Positions 25,001 through 35,158 of a DNA stretch of 64,000 bases are shown here, piece after piece. The stretch spans positions 13,764,001 through 13,828,000 of the forward strand of contig NC_092674.1 of NCBI RefSeq assembly GCF_964355755.1. Direction: 5' to 3'. Both the position numbers and the translations under genes were made by a program. The notes beneath the pieces are model-generated. The model saw nothing but the letters and a program-made list of their open reading frames with translations, was not told where the DNA came from and did not search any database. Numbering within the stretch: position 1 is the first letter of the stretch; every line of letters starts with the position of its first letter. The stretch is from Antedon mediterranea (Eukaryota; Animalia; Echinodermata).

Positions 25001-25405
25001 CTATTACAAAAATGAATGTTGTTGTTCTTATAACTACAATGTTCATAACATAGCTCAATATTTGATTGAAATCCCCTTCAATATGACAGAAAATGACATT
25101 ATTTGACCTATATATTACGTCTGAAAAGGAATCATATATTTTTTATGTGTGTATTGCAATGTACATGTCATGAGTTTTAATTTGATACCAAACTTGGTAT
25201 GTATATACGAAGATTTAAGTTTTCACCTAGAATTACGTAATAATAAAAAAAGGCGTGGTCCAAATGACGTCGTTAAATTGTTCCGATTTTTGGGCACCCC
25301 TTCTAGGATTGTTAGATATACCATAAAGAAGGCTTGTGCCAAATTTGGTGCTTTTGTCACAAAATGCACAATCTTCATAAAAAATGGAAGTTAGCAACCC
25401 TGCTA
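22088..25405 (-). mobile_element. AcademX-type DNA transposon derivative
   Basis: TAG...CTA termini, 3-bp TSD CTA, ~680-740-bp inverted arms, and an internal XPG/PIN-like + Cys-rich ORF remnant. Confidence 0.85.
22686..24660 (-). pseudogene. Academ transposase C-terminal half (XPG/PIN-like nuclease + Cys8 finger), intron-containing and degenerate
   Basis: Motifs FFMHENQPWPPSL, DGAAIVH, DIVWDTY..DSLK, HEEADSKM.LH, DTDV, HAFTGSDTTS.F.GK, IPPTQ|DALLQH..R..YQA.IW, FGW and C.C...C...C.C. GT-AG introns near 24131-24028, ~23801-23668 and ~23081-22973. Confidence 0.85.
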
Positions 25406-26618
25406 CTACGGATCACTACTAAAATCTAGGTCTAGTCTAGTAGGCTAGGGTAGGGTTCCAGTAATTTCGGTCGCGTTTTTTCAGGAGGGCATGTGAGAGG
25501 TGAGGTAGGTTAGCCCAGCTAGGCTAAACTAACATGTAAGTAGTATTCTAAAATGGGATGGGAACGAGTCGGCATGGGGGTACGGGTTGATCTTTATCCG
25601 TATTCTAGGGTGCTGGTCAACCCGTAACGTACCCATGTCAACTCGTACCAAACTTGGCTAACTCGTACCCAAATAATTGGTCAACTCGTACCAATAGCTT
25701 TATAGCTTTATTGATAGCTGGGTTCAAATCTAGGTTGGGACGGTTTTTTCTCATTCTAAAACAGATTTCCTTATAATAATAAAATAATATCGACCTATGA
25801 ATTTAACTGTAATATTGTATTGTATACATAATATTAGTAGTAATAGTAATTCCCTTTTGCATTTATTATTTTAATAAATTTTACGGTTACCCCTTAATTA
25901 TACTATACTAGTATAACTTCCTTGTTATATTTTACAATATTTTCTTCATAATTCAACAATTTTTTTTCACAGCTAATTATCAAACTGAATCATCACACAC
26001 CAAATCTCATGACATCTCTAGTGTATTTCTCCAAGCTAATCCAGCTACATGGTATTGCCTTGAGGCTAAACTACACTGTATACTGCTGGGCACTACCATC
26101 ATTCCTGGCCCGTCAACCTGGACCACATTATGGTCCAACACAGTCGTGTACTACTGATTCCAAATAGTGAATTACATCCTGTGGTCAAGGATTTATTTGC
26201 ACTTATGCTTATTTCCTCCAACATACAGAGTACGTAGGGCTTTTAATTTGCTTTTATACCTGTTAATTAAAAAATCTGTTATGCCTATTGTTGCATAAAG
26301 ATCAAATTTAGACTGTAAATACTGGGATGATCACCCTAAATTGTCTTTTTCATTTAACAATGTTATATTTCACAGCCAGAAAAAAGCATACAGAGTTTTT
26401 TTTATTCCTAACTGTTGAATTGCATCCCAATACATGGTACCTATTGGTATTATATCTATAAATATAAAGTACTCTCTTATAAATAGATGTATCTCTCCAA
26501 ACTACTCCAACTACCTAATATAATGGTTAGTTTTCTGTGTTCGCTGGAGCGCAAAATTATAAACAAGACATAGCCGTTTTATTAGTTACCCACCACGTGA
26601 AGACGACAATGACCGGTC

Positions 26619-26639
26619 AGAGAGAGAGAGAGAGAGAGA
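26619..26639. repeat. (AG)n microsatellite
   Basis: About 10 AG units. Confidence 0.9.
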
Positions 26640-28830
26640 CAACCATGTCTACTAGCCTACTAGACTATAATAGGGCTACTCTAGCTAGGGGACCTACCTA
26701 GGCTACTTACTAGATATGGGTGTATTGATTTGGGTTTATGGCCTAAAAGCTAGAACAACATTATCTCTAATCTCCCTCCCCTGTCTCACGGGGGCCCCAT
26801 TGAATCTCTTTGCCTTGATGGTACGACATATGACTAACCTTTCTAGCTAGGGACCTTGCAAACAAATGCCGCGCAAAATGCACAGCAGCCATTTTAATCC
26901 AAAACAATGTTATTTCGTTAAACAATTAAATTAGAAGTGAAAATTACACTTTAAGTGTTTTGAACTGTATATTTAAGGTTATATATACTAGTTGTATTAC
27001 TAATCGTTCTTCGTAAATTGGAAAATGCCAATTTTATTGTCCACAAAAAGCTCCGCACACTTTGTTAAAGCTCATGCATAAATTATTCATGAGCACCTAA
27101 TTACTCTAGTAGCTAGATCAACTTTCGTATGCACTTTGAGGTCCAGATAATTTGACTTCAGAAATTGGTTTAGGGTGGTCAAACAATCATATTTGGCTTG
27201 GTTACACATTTTGAAAATGTGGCGAAAGGTCAAAAGGTCAAGGTGAAAGGTCATAAGACCAAACATAAATATGTCCTTAAATCTCAGCAACCACTTGTCA
27301 CAACGAGGTAATTTTGGTCTTAAATTAATCAGAAGGCATGCATTTATATTCCATCTAATGGGGCATTTAAGTCAAAAATGATAAGAAATGCCATTTCTGA
27401 CCTTTGACCCACATACCAGGGCATCTTCATATCTCATAAAGTACAGGTCGTAGAAACTTAAATTTGGTATCAAATTGTTCGAAATATACATATTTACATT
27501 CATTGTAATAGAAAATGTGGTTAAAAGATGAACAGAAATACTCTTACTAATGTCTCAAACAAAAAACATATCTAAACAACTTATCCTTAGACAGTAATGT
27601 TATGCAATAACTGATACTTTAAATTGTTTTAATTTCAAGTACTAGTTATTGCTGTCCCCGAGGACATTTTGATAGAAACGTTAAGCTCAACAGTTCTTTT
27701 CAGAATGCTAGAAGTAACTTGCCATATGTATCCGATTAAACGCCCCTGGCATTTATTGTTCAAAATGGTTTTTAGGGGGAAAGGAGGAATCTTTATTTGG
27801 GGTATAATATGGTAACATGTATAATCAAATAAATACCACCTAGATTGGAAAAAATACTGCACAATTAATATCAAAAAGTGATAAAATTATGTCAAAAAGC
27901 TTGGTAAATTGTAGATTATGGTAGTTAATGAAATGTGTTGACGTGATACAATTATTGTGTAAATGCATGTGGCATGTTTATTCCACATGGTGTTCTATTT
28001 GAGGGAATGGTGGCGTTTATTTGAAGGAATACTCTAATATTAATAATTGTATTTCGTTTCTCAACTGATAAAAGGTACTTTACATGATTCGTTTTCCTCT
28101 TTATGCTTTTTAACGAAATGTTTCTGTCTTTTAAAATAAAAGTGATAGATTCCATTAAATGGATCTTCACCTCCAGGTGCCAGTATAATGATATAAAACA
28201 ATGACACATCATTATCCTGACACGATTGCACTCATAATGGATCTTCATTCTATCATCTATTTGTTTGTAACTACAATTTGACAACAATCTTTTGCATAGT
28301 TTTAAATGCCAATACATAGTTTCATTACTATTGTACAATATGTCCAGCTTTCCTGAAAACACCCTTGTGTACTGTAGTACAGTGTTGTAGTATGATTTTA
28401 TCATGATAAACTTCTGATGCTTTTATTGTCAATGCATTCAGTACCTAAAACATGTCAAAGTTTCTAGTGGTATTGATAATAAATCTCCAGAAATATATAT
28501 TGTTTTATTATCTACACTGGGAACAGACGTGTATATGTATAAGTTTTGTCGTTGACATTCAAAACTAATATGCAACAGTGTTACGTAATAATGACAATGA
28601 CTTGGTCTATTATTGTGGTCTCCGATACCTTTTATTACATGATTGTACTTCCTCCAGGATAGAATGAGGTTTAATCCCGTTATTATTCTTATTATATAAT
28701 ATATATTTTTTTTATATATAAACAAATCAGGCAAAGAACATTAATTCTAAACCGCCCGGTGATATACTGAAATTTAATTAATTAATTTGAAACGATAAAG
28801 ATGAGGAAATCTGTGAGAATGAGAAAAAGT

Positions 28831-28902
28831 CGCCCCAACCGAGACTCGAACTCGGACCGCCTGCTTGATATGCAGATGTCCTAACCATTAGACCACTGGG
28901 GC
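28831..28902 (-). tRNA. tRNA-like cloverleaf, anticodon ATC (Asp-type), repeat-borne, copy 1
   Basis: GCCCCAG/TTGGGGC acceptor stem, GTCT/GGAC D-stem, TCTGC-ATATCAA-GCAGG anticodon arm, CCGAG-TTCGAGT-CTCGG T-arm, G73, then ACTTTTT. Confidence 0.65.
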
Positions 28903-29198
28903 TTTCATGGTATTGTTCGAACTCGATTGGATAGCGACTCTTTAACATTCTCGGCGTGGTACGGCGGAACAGCACTATTCCTCAGTTGTACGCACGCGCA
29001 CCAGAGATCAAATTGATACGACCTCATCTTACATAGAGTATTTTTATTCACGAGGCGGGATCTCCGAAGAGATACTTTTATATATATAAACAAATCAGGC
29101 AAAGAACATTAATTCTAAACCGCCCGGTGATATACTGAAATTTAATTAATTAATTTGAAACGATAAAGATGAGGAAATCTGTGAGAATGAGAAAAAGT

Positions 29199-29270
29199 CG
29201 CCCCAACCGAGACTCGAACTCGGACCGCCTGCTTGATATGCAGATGTCCTAACCATTAGACCACTGGGGC
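29199..29270 (-). tRNA. tRNA-like cloverleaf, anticodon ATC, copy 2
   Basis: Identical to 28831-28902. Confidence 0.65.
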
Positions 29271-30770
29271 TTTCATGGTATTGTTCGAACTCGATTGGAT
29301 AGCGACTCTTTAACATTCTCGGCGTGGTACGGCGGAACAGCACTAGTCCTCAGTTGTACGCACGCGCACCAGAGATCAAATTGATACGACCTCATCTTAC
29401 ATACAGTATTTTTATTCACGAGGCGGGATCTCCGAAGAGATACTTTTATATATATAAACAAATCAGGCAAAGAACATTAATTCTAAACCGCCCGGTGATA
29501 TACTGAAATTTAATTAATTAATTTGAATTTATATATATATATCTGGGGTGTATTTATTTTGATTATACATGTTACCATTATTACACCCAACAAAATAAAC
29601 GCCTTCCCTGAATAAATAAATGCCCGAGGCTTTTATACGGGTAACTACAGTAAATTACTTCTAGCATTCTCAAAATGTTCGGGGGTAAACAATAATTTCT
29701 AGCATTATTATAAGCAAAAGTAGGCCTACAATTATTACAAACAGTAAAGGATTTGTTTTAATTCCTACAGTATAATGAAATCATTAGGCATCAATTATTG
29801 CATAACATTACTGTCTAATGATAAGTTGGGTAGATATGTTTTTCATTTAAAAGATTAGTAATTAATAGTATTTATGATCATCTTTTATCCAAATTTTCTG
29901 TTAGAATGAATGTAAATATGTGTATTTCTAACAATTTGATACTAAATTTAAGTTTCTACGACCTGTACTTACAGAGATAAGAAGATGCCCTGGTATGTAT
30001 GTCAAAGGTCAGAAATGTCATTTCCGGTCATTTTTTACTAAAATGTTTCATTAGACTGAATTTGAATGTATAGCTTCTAAACATTTTGAGACCAAAATTT
30101 ACTCGCTGTGACCAGTGGTTGCCGAGATACAAATACCTATTTGTGTTTATTCATATAACCCCTGGCCTTGACCTTTTGACCTTTTGTAACATTGTTCAAA
30201 ATGTGTAACAAATAACTAAATGTATATTTCGAACAATTTGAGCCCAAATTCAAGTCTCTACGGCCAATAGTTACGGAGATACAGACATGCCCTGGTTTAT
30301 GGGTCAAAGGTCAGAAATGGCATTTCCGGTCATTTTCGACTAAAATGTTTCATTAGACTGAATATGAATGTATACCTTCTGATCAATTTGAGACCAAAAT
30401 TACCTCGCTGTGACCAGTGGTTGTCGAGATTTAAGGACATAATGGTGTTTGATCTTATAACCTTTGACCCTGACCTTTTGACCTTTCGCCACATTTTCAA
30501 AATGTGTAACCAAGCCAAAAATGATTGTTTGACCACCCTAAACCAATTTCTGAAGTCGAATTCTCTGGACCTCAATGTGCATACGAAAGTTGATCTAGCT
30601 ACTAGAGTAAATAGTATGAGCATGACATGACGTATAAAACAATCGCCCACCTGATTACACAATATATGGTTGCCAATGTTAGGGATGAAACTACATATTG
30701 TTTCCAATGAATCAATTACAATATACAATTTTGTAATGTTTAATGAAACAAAATATGATAACATATGTAC

Positions 30771-30928
30771 CATTTGTTGTCTTTCTTGTTCAGTTTTACC
30801 AAGGCTCTCATAATGTGTACCAATCAGCATTATCTTCTTTTTCTGTCCTTTTCTTACGTTTATAAAAACTGAACGAATCCAAAACAGAATGAACTCAAGA
30901 TTTGTCATTCGATGTTCATACATTTTTC
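30771..30928 (-). pseudogene. Orphan Roc-domain exon (G4 region of a Roco GTPase)
   Basis: MTNLEFILFWIRSVF...KIMLIGTHYESLGKTEQERQQM|GTACAT matches the Roc W..S.....(I/V)GTH motif. The acceptor reads TG instead of AG. Confidence 0.7.
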
Positions 30929-31059
30929 CATAAATCACAAAGAAAATGAACACAATTTTGAAGTTTGAAAACATTATGGCAAATTATCTTATTATTGTGG
31001 TAATTATAGCAGCACACATTTATATAGAAAAATAACACTATCATTGAAATTGAAATAAC

Positions 31060-32128
31060 AACACCATTCGTTACGGGAAAGAGAAAGCGAATTCCAAAAA
31101 CGCACAGTGTTTCAAATTACTTTAAGACTGTGCCCGAAAATCTTGTTATTGAAGACCTTGTAAAATCTATGTATGATGGGAAACGGTTTCAGGGATTTGT
31201 CGTCGAAAATGACCCTTTTCTGAAAACAATGAAGGTTTCTTACGAGAACGGATATAAAGAAAAAGACATAACATATGCTGATTTAGTGGAGTCTAACAAT
31301 GATGATGACACAAGTATACCTATTCGTATGATGACAACTAATGATGAGACAACATCACCCCTGCCCACAAAAAGAAAACTGACCAAACCAAAAAACACGA
31401 ACCGAAATAAATCGGAACAAAGGATTGAGAGTCCATTCTTAGACCTACCTAGTACAGCGAACGAAGTCCCTATTATTCAAAGTTGCTCTAATCAATATGG
31501 ACAAGAAATAACACAATGTGTTGTAGAAGACGAGATCGTCTTTGTGGGTTGCTTTCTTGTTACAGAGGAAAGCGATGTATATAGGTTTGTCATCCACTTA
31601 TATGTGGATGATAAAGGAAAATTTAAGAGCATCGGATTTAAAGTACGAACACTTGGCACCTGAAAGTTCTTTCAAATTGGAACATATGACAATATTCTTG
31701 AAATGCCAAAGAAAATTAAGTTAAACTTGAACGCTTATTGGAGGAAAAGACAGCGAAGTACTCAAATTGCTAGTGAAGAGAGAATACTTCAGAAGATGTC
31801 AGGAATGACGATTCAGCCCAGATACATACAGAGAAGTGTTGCCCTGCGAAAATGCATCAGGCAGCAAATGAAACGAGGTTTCGGTGGTAGAAGGCGCCAA
31901 ATTAAAGTTAATATACTATATGACCAAGGTACTGATGCACATTTATTTGGTTTGGATGCAAGCAACTCATTTCATGAGGAGTATACCCCAGAAAGCTTTG
32001 CGCAGCTGGACGACTTACTTGGGATTGGGTAGTTGAAACTTGTGGCTCAAATGACACTCCAGGGTAATAAAATCGCAATAAGTTATAAAGCACTGACAGT
32101 AATTGCTTGTCAAAACCAAATTGCCTAA
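31060..32128 (+). pseudogene. Long intronless degenerate ORF of unknown function (possibly TE- or virus-derived)
   Basis: ORFs 31130-31663 and 31703-32032 are in one frame, separated by single stops at 31661 and 32030. The N-terminal VKSMYDGKRFQGFVV..MKVSYENG is Tudor-like by eye. Confidence 0.4.
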
Positions 32129-32202
32129 CCGTAACGCTAACGTAGTCTGGTCCGCGTAATGATGACCCATCTGCTTCTCCCTCCTTCTCATCGTCTTCTT
32201 CT

Positions 32203-32700
32203 TTGAACTTGCCGGAGGGTAACGTGGAATTGAACGTGCGACTCGTCAATTTTTACGAGTATTGGAACCTGCCCGAGACGACAGCGGCCCACAGCAGCAG
32301 CGACGCGTTATACCTTTTGGGCGTGCCTCGGTTCGCCGACGTTAAATGGAAGGTGAACGGAGAAAGGTTGTGGTTGGTTCGGCCCGGATGCGATGACGAC
32401 GTCCGACTCACCATGTACACGTACGACAACTATCTAGTGATCCTGCTGCCTGTGAGCGAGGGGGCTATACGCGTTTCTTCCGTGGTCAAACACGAGTTAC
32501 GTGCCGTCAAAGTGGAAAAGACTGTCGCCATGCCGTCTCGAAGATGGTACGTGCCGTATATCACGTTTCCCGAGCAGACAATTTTTGAAAGACCTTACCA
32601 TTTCGGTCGATCCAAGCACGCAAGGGCGTATTACTTGCCGCAACAAAATAGCGAAAACCGTTTGGGGTTTTTTCAAAATCAAGAAAACACTTACAGCTAA
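32203..32700 (+). CDS. GC-richer intronless ORF of unknown function, truncated by a MITE; acidic tail continues at 33763-33857
   Basis: 165-aa open frame in CpG-rich sequence unlike the host background. After the MITE come a D/E/N/Y-rich tail and AATAAA. Confidence 0.45.
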   Translation: MNLPEGNVELNVRLVNFYEYWNLPETTAAHSSSDALYLLGVPRFADVKWKVNGERLWLVRPGCDDDVRLTMYTYDNYLVILLPVSEGAIRVSSVVKHELRAVKVEKTVAMPSRRWYVPYITFPEQTIFERPYHFGRSKHARAYYLPQQNSENRLGFFQNQENTYS

Positions 32701-33759
32701 AGGCTGGTTTCCTGTCGACGTAAGAACATCACTTTTGTTGCGACTACGTCGATATGTCGTAAGAAATGCGGATTTTACAGGAAACCGATTACGATCGAAA
32801 ATTTATAAAATCAACGCAACGTAAGAAAAATGGTAACGACAACCGATTTTACAGGAAACCGATGACCTAACAATTGTTGCGTTACGACGTTTTCTTCCGA
32901 TTTTACAGGAAACCGGGATTTTTTATCTTACGCTTGAATGAACGCCCTTGCGTCACGTTTTTTACGTCTCTTACGAAAGTTGACTTGAAGTCAACTTTCG
33001 CAGGAGACGTAAGCGCAATCGTAACAAGTAACCAATGAACGACAAGAGTTATGACGTAATGTGTATGTCCTTATAGTGAAATAAAGCCGGGGCCAATGCC
33101 TAGTCTAGGGCCTAGGTAGGTCTAATAATAATAATAGGAATCTCAAAATGATTTGCCTTTTTTTAATTTTGAAAACTATTTAAGGCTAGGCCTAGAGGGC
33201 CAGGATAATTAATTCATATTTTGATTCATACAAATAACACATAGGCCTACTAGCCTAGGCTAGGGGCCTAGGCTAGTTTGATTTTTGGTCAAATCAATTC
33301 CTATTAGTACAGTATTAATTAAGTATTTTACTAATACTAGGGCCTAGCCTATCTACTGAAAATAACATGTTGGTGTGCTGCACTGACACTGCTGCTGAGT
33401 AGCTACAGGTACAATAACAACATTCAACATTTCGCGCGAAAAATGATAAAACCCGCTCTAAAAAGAAACACCAATCAGAGATGTTGTTTCAAATACGTCA
33501 TAAATCCGACCGACGTAAGAAAAAAATTTCAACTTTCGTAACAACACTAAAATCGACGTAAGCATATGACGTGTGTTTCACAGCCAAAATTTTTTTTCGG
33601 GAGCAGCATAACTACAGATGTTTCTCTGCGGCCCGACACGATCTTGACTAAGGTCAACGACGTCAAGTTTTTCTCAACTTTCGTAAGAGACGTAAGAAAC
33701 GTATGACACGCAAGAATCGTTGCAAAATTCGACTTCTTACGTCGACAGGAAACCAGCCT
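32701..33759. mobile_element. PIF/Harbinger-type MITE
   Basis: 26-bp TIR AGGCTGGTTTCCTGTCGACGTAAGAA; flanks TAA/TTA. An empty-site analogue ACTTACAGCTTAGGAGGA lies just downstream at ~33800. Confidence 0.85.
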
Positions 33760-33937
33760 TTAGGAGGATGATAACGACAACGACGACTACGAAGACGACA
33801 CTTACAGCTTAGGAGGAGGATAACGACGACGACTACGAAAACGAGGAGAACGAATAAATAAAACACTGAAGGGAAAAAAAATCAATTCTTTACTTTTTTA
33901 TTTATATTTTATTTCCACACCCCTATATACAAATTTT

Positions 33938-34108
33938 TCATATATATTCCCATTCCAAAAGTCTCTCCGTCCAATAAGACAAGAAACGATCGCCCATCAG
34001 CACAAGATCTGCCGGTGGTCCCTCGAATTCTAAGGCTCCGAGCAGGCAAATCATTGCTTCGAATGCCTTATCTTTTTCTATTTCTCGTTTTGTGCGAAGA
34101 GTGGCCAT
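33938..34108 (-). CDS. Small 56-aa ORF of unknown function, convergent with the 32203 ORF
   Basis: GACATGG start; MATLRTKREIEKDKAFEAMICLLGALEFEGPP...WTERLLEWEYI; AATAAA downstream on the - strand. Confidence 0.35.
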   Translation of the reverse strand: MATLRTKREIEKDKAFEAMICLLGALEFEGPPADLVLMGDRFLSYWTERLLEWEYI

Positions 34109-34118
34109 GTCAAAAGGC

Positions 34119-35158
34119 GTGAGCACCAGGATATTAGTGAAGAAGAGTATAGTAAAGAACAGTGTGGTACACATACAGCAGCAGGTAGTGAGCACAATGA
34201 TATTAGTGAAGAAGAGTATAGTAAAGAACAGTGTGGTACACATACAGCAACAGGTAGTGAGCACCAGGATAATAGTGAAGAAGAGTATAGTAAGGAACAG
34301 TGTGGTACACATACAGCAACAGGTAGTTTGCACCAGGGTAATAGTGAAGAAGAGTATAGTAAAGAACAGTGTGGTACACATACAGCAGCAGGTAGTGAGC
34401 ACAATGATATTAGTGAAGAAGAGTATAGTAAAGAACAGTGTGGTACACATACAGCAGCAGGTAGTGAGCACAATGATATTAGTGAAGAGTATAGTAAAGA
34501 ACAGTGTGGTACACATACTGCAACAGGTAGTGAGCACCAAGATAATAGTGAAGAAGAGTATAGTAAAGAACAGTGTGGTACACATACTGCAACAGGGAGT
34601 GAGCACCAGGATAATAGTGAAGAAGAGTATAGTAAAGAACAGTGTGGTACACATACAGCAACAGGTAGTGAGCACCAGGATAATAGTGAAGAAGAGTATA
34701 GTAAAGAACAGTGTGGTACACATACAGCAACAGGTAGTGAGCACCAGGATAATAGTGAAGAAGAGTATAGTAAAGAACAGTGTGGTACACATACAGCAAC
34801 ATGTAGTGAGCACCAGGATAATAGTGAAGAAGAGTATAGTAAAGAACAGTGTGGTACACATACAGCAACAGGTAGTGAGCACCAGGATAATAGTGAAGAA
34901 GAGTATAGTAAAGAACAGTGTGGTACACATACAGCAACATGTAGTGAGCACCAGGATAATAGTGAAGAAGAGTATAGTAAAGAACAGTGTGGTACACATA
35001 GAGTAACAGGTAGTGAGCACCAGGATAATAGTGAAGAGTATATTAAAGAACAGTGTGGTACACATACAGCAACAGGTAGTGAGCACCAGGATAATAATGA
35101 AGAAGAGTATAGTAAAGAACAGTGTGGTACACATACTGCAACAGGTAGTGAGCACCAG
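34119..35158. repeat. 69-bp minisatellite, 15 units
   Basis: Unit GTGAGCACCAGGATAATAGTGAAGAAGAGTATAGTAAAGAACAGTGTGGTACACATACAGCAACAGGTA; two units are 66 bp. Confidence 0.97.

Larger units (their letters stand above)
28713..29527 (-). repeat. 368-bp tandem repeat (~2.2 units) containing a tRNA-like gene; units joined at (TA)n
   Basis: AACAAATCAGGC recurs at 28721, 29089 and 29457; the units are almost identical. Confidence 0.95.
27104..30607. mobile_element. Foldback-type element with long modular inverted arms
   Basis: TA|CTCTAGTAGCTAGATCAACTTTCG ... CGAAAGTTGATCTAGCTACTAGAG|TA. Arms are ~27104-27846 and ~29541-30607; the right arm has an extra ~300-bp subunit. Confidence 0.8.

Noticed and set aside
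27952-28734. ORFs in the foldback loop as a transposase
   Set aside because: No DDE or other recognisable motif; alternative frames are full of stops.
28778-29506. Duplicated 65-aa ORFs in the 368-bp repeat
   Set aside because: Non-ATG starts, overlap with the tRNA-like sequence, and no coding features.
30330-30974. 214-aa ORF as a single gene
   Set aside because: A chance fusion of intron, the orphan Roc exon and the foldback arm; only 30771-30928 looks coding.
34119-35158. CRISPR-like or protein-coding call for the 69-bp array; likewise the 35-bp and 101-bp arrays as CRISPR
   Set aside because: The units are contiguous with no unique spacers, the context is eukaryotic, and there are no cas genes. 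The repeat ORFs have no independent coding evidence.
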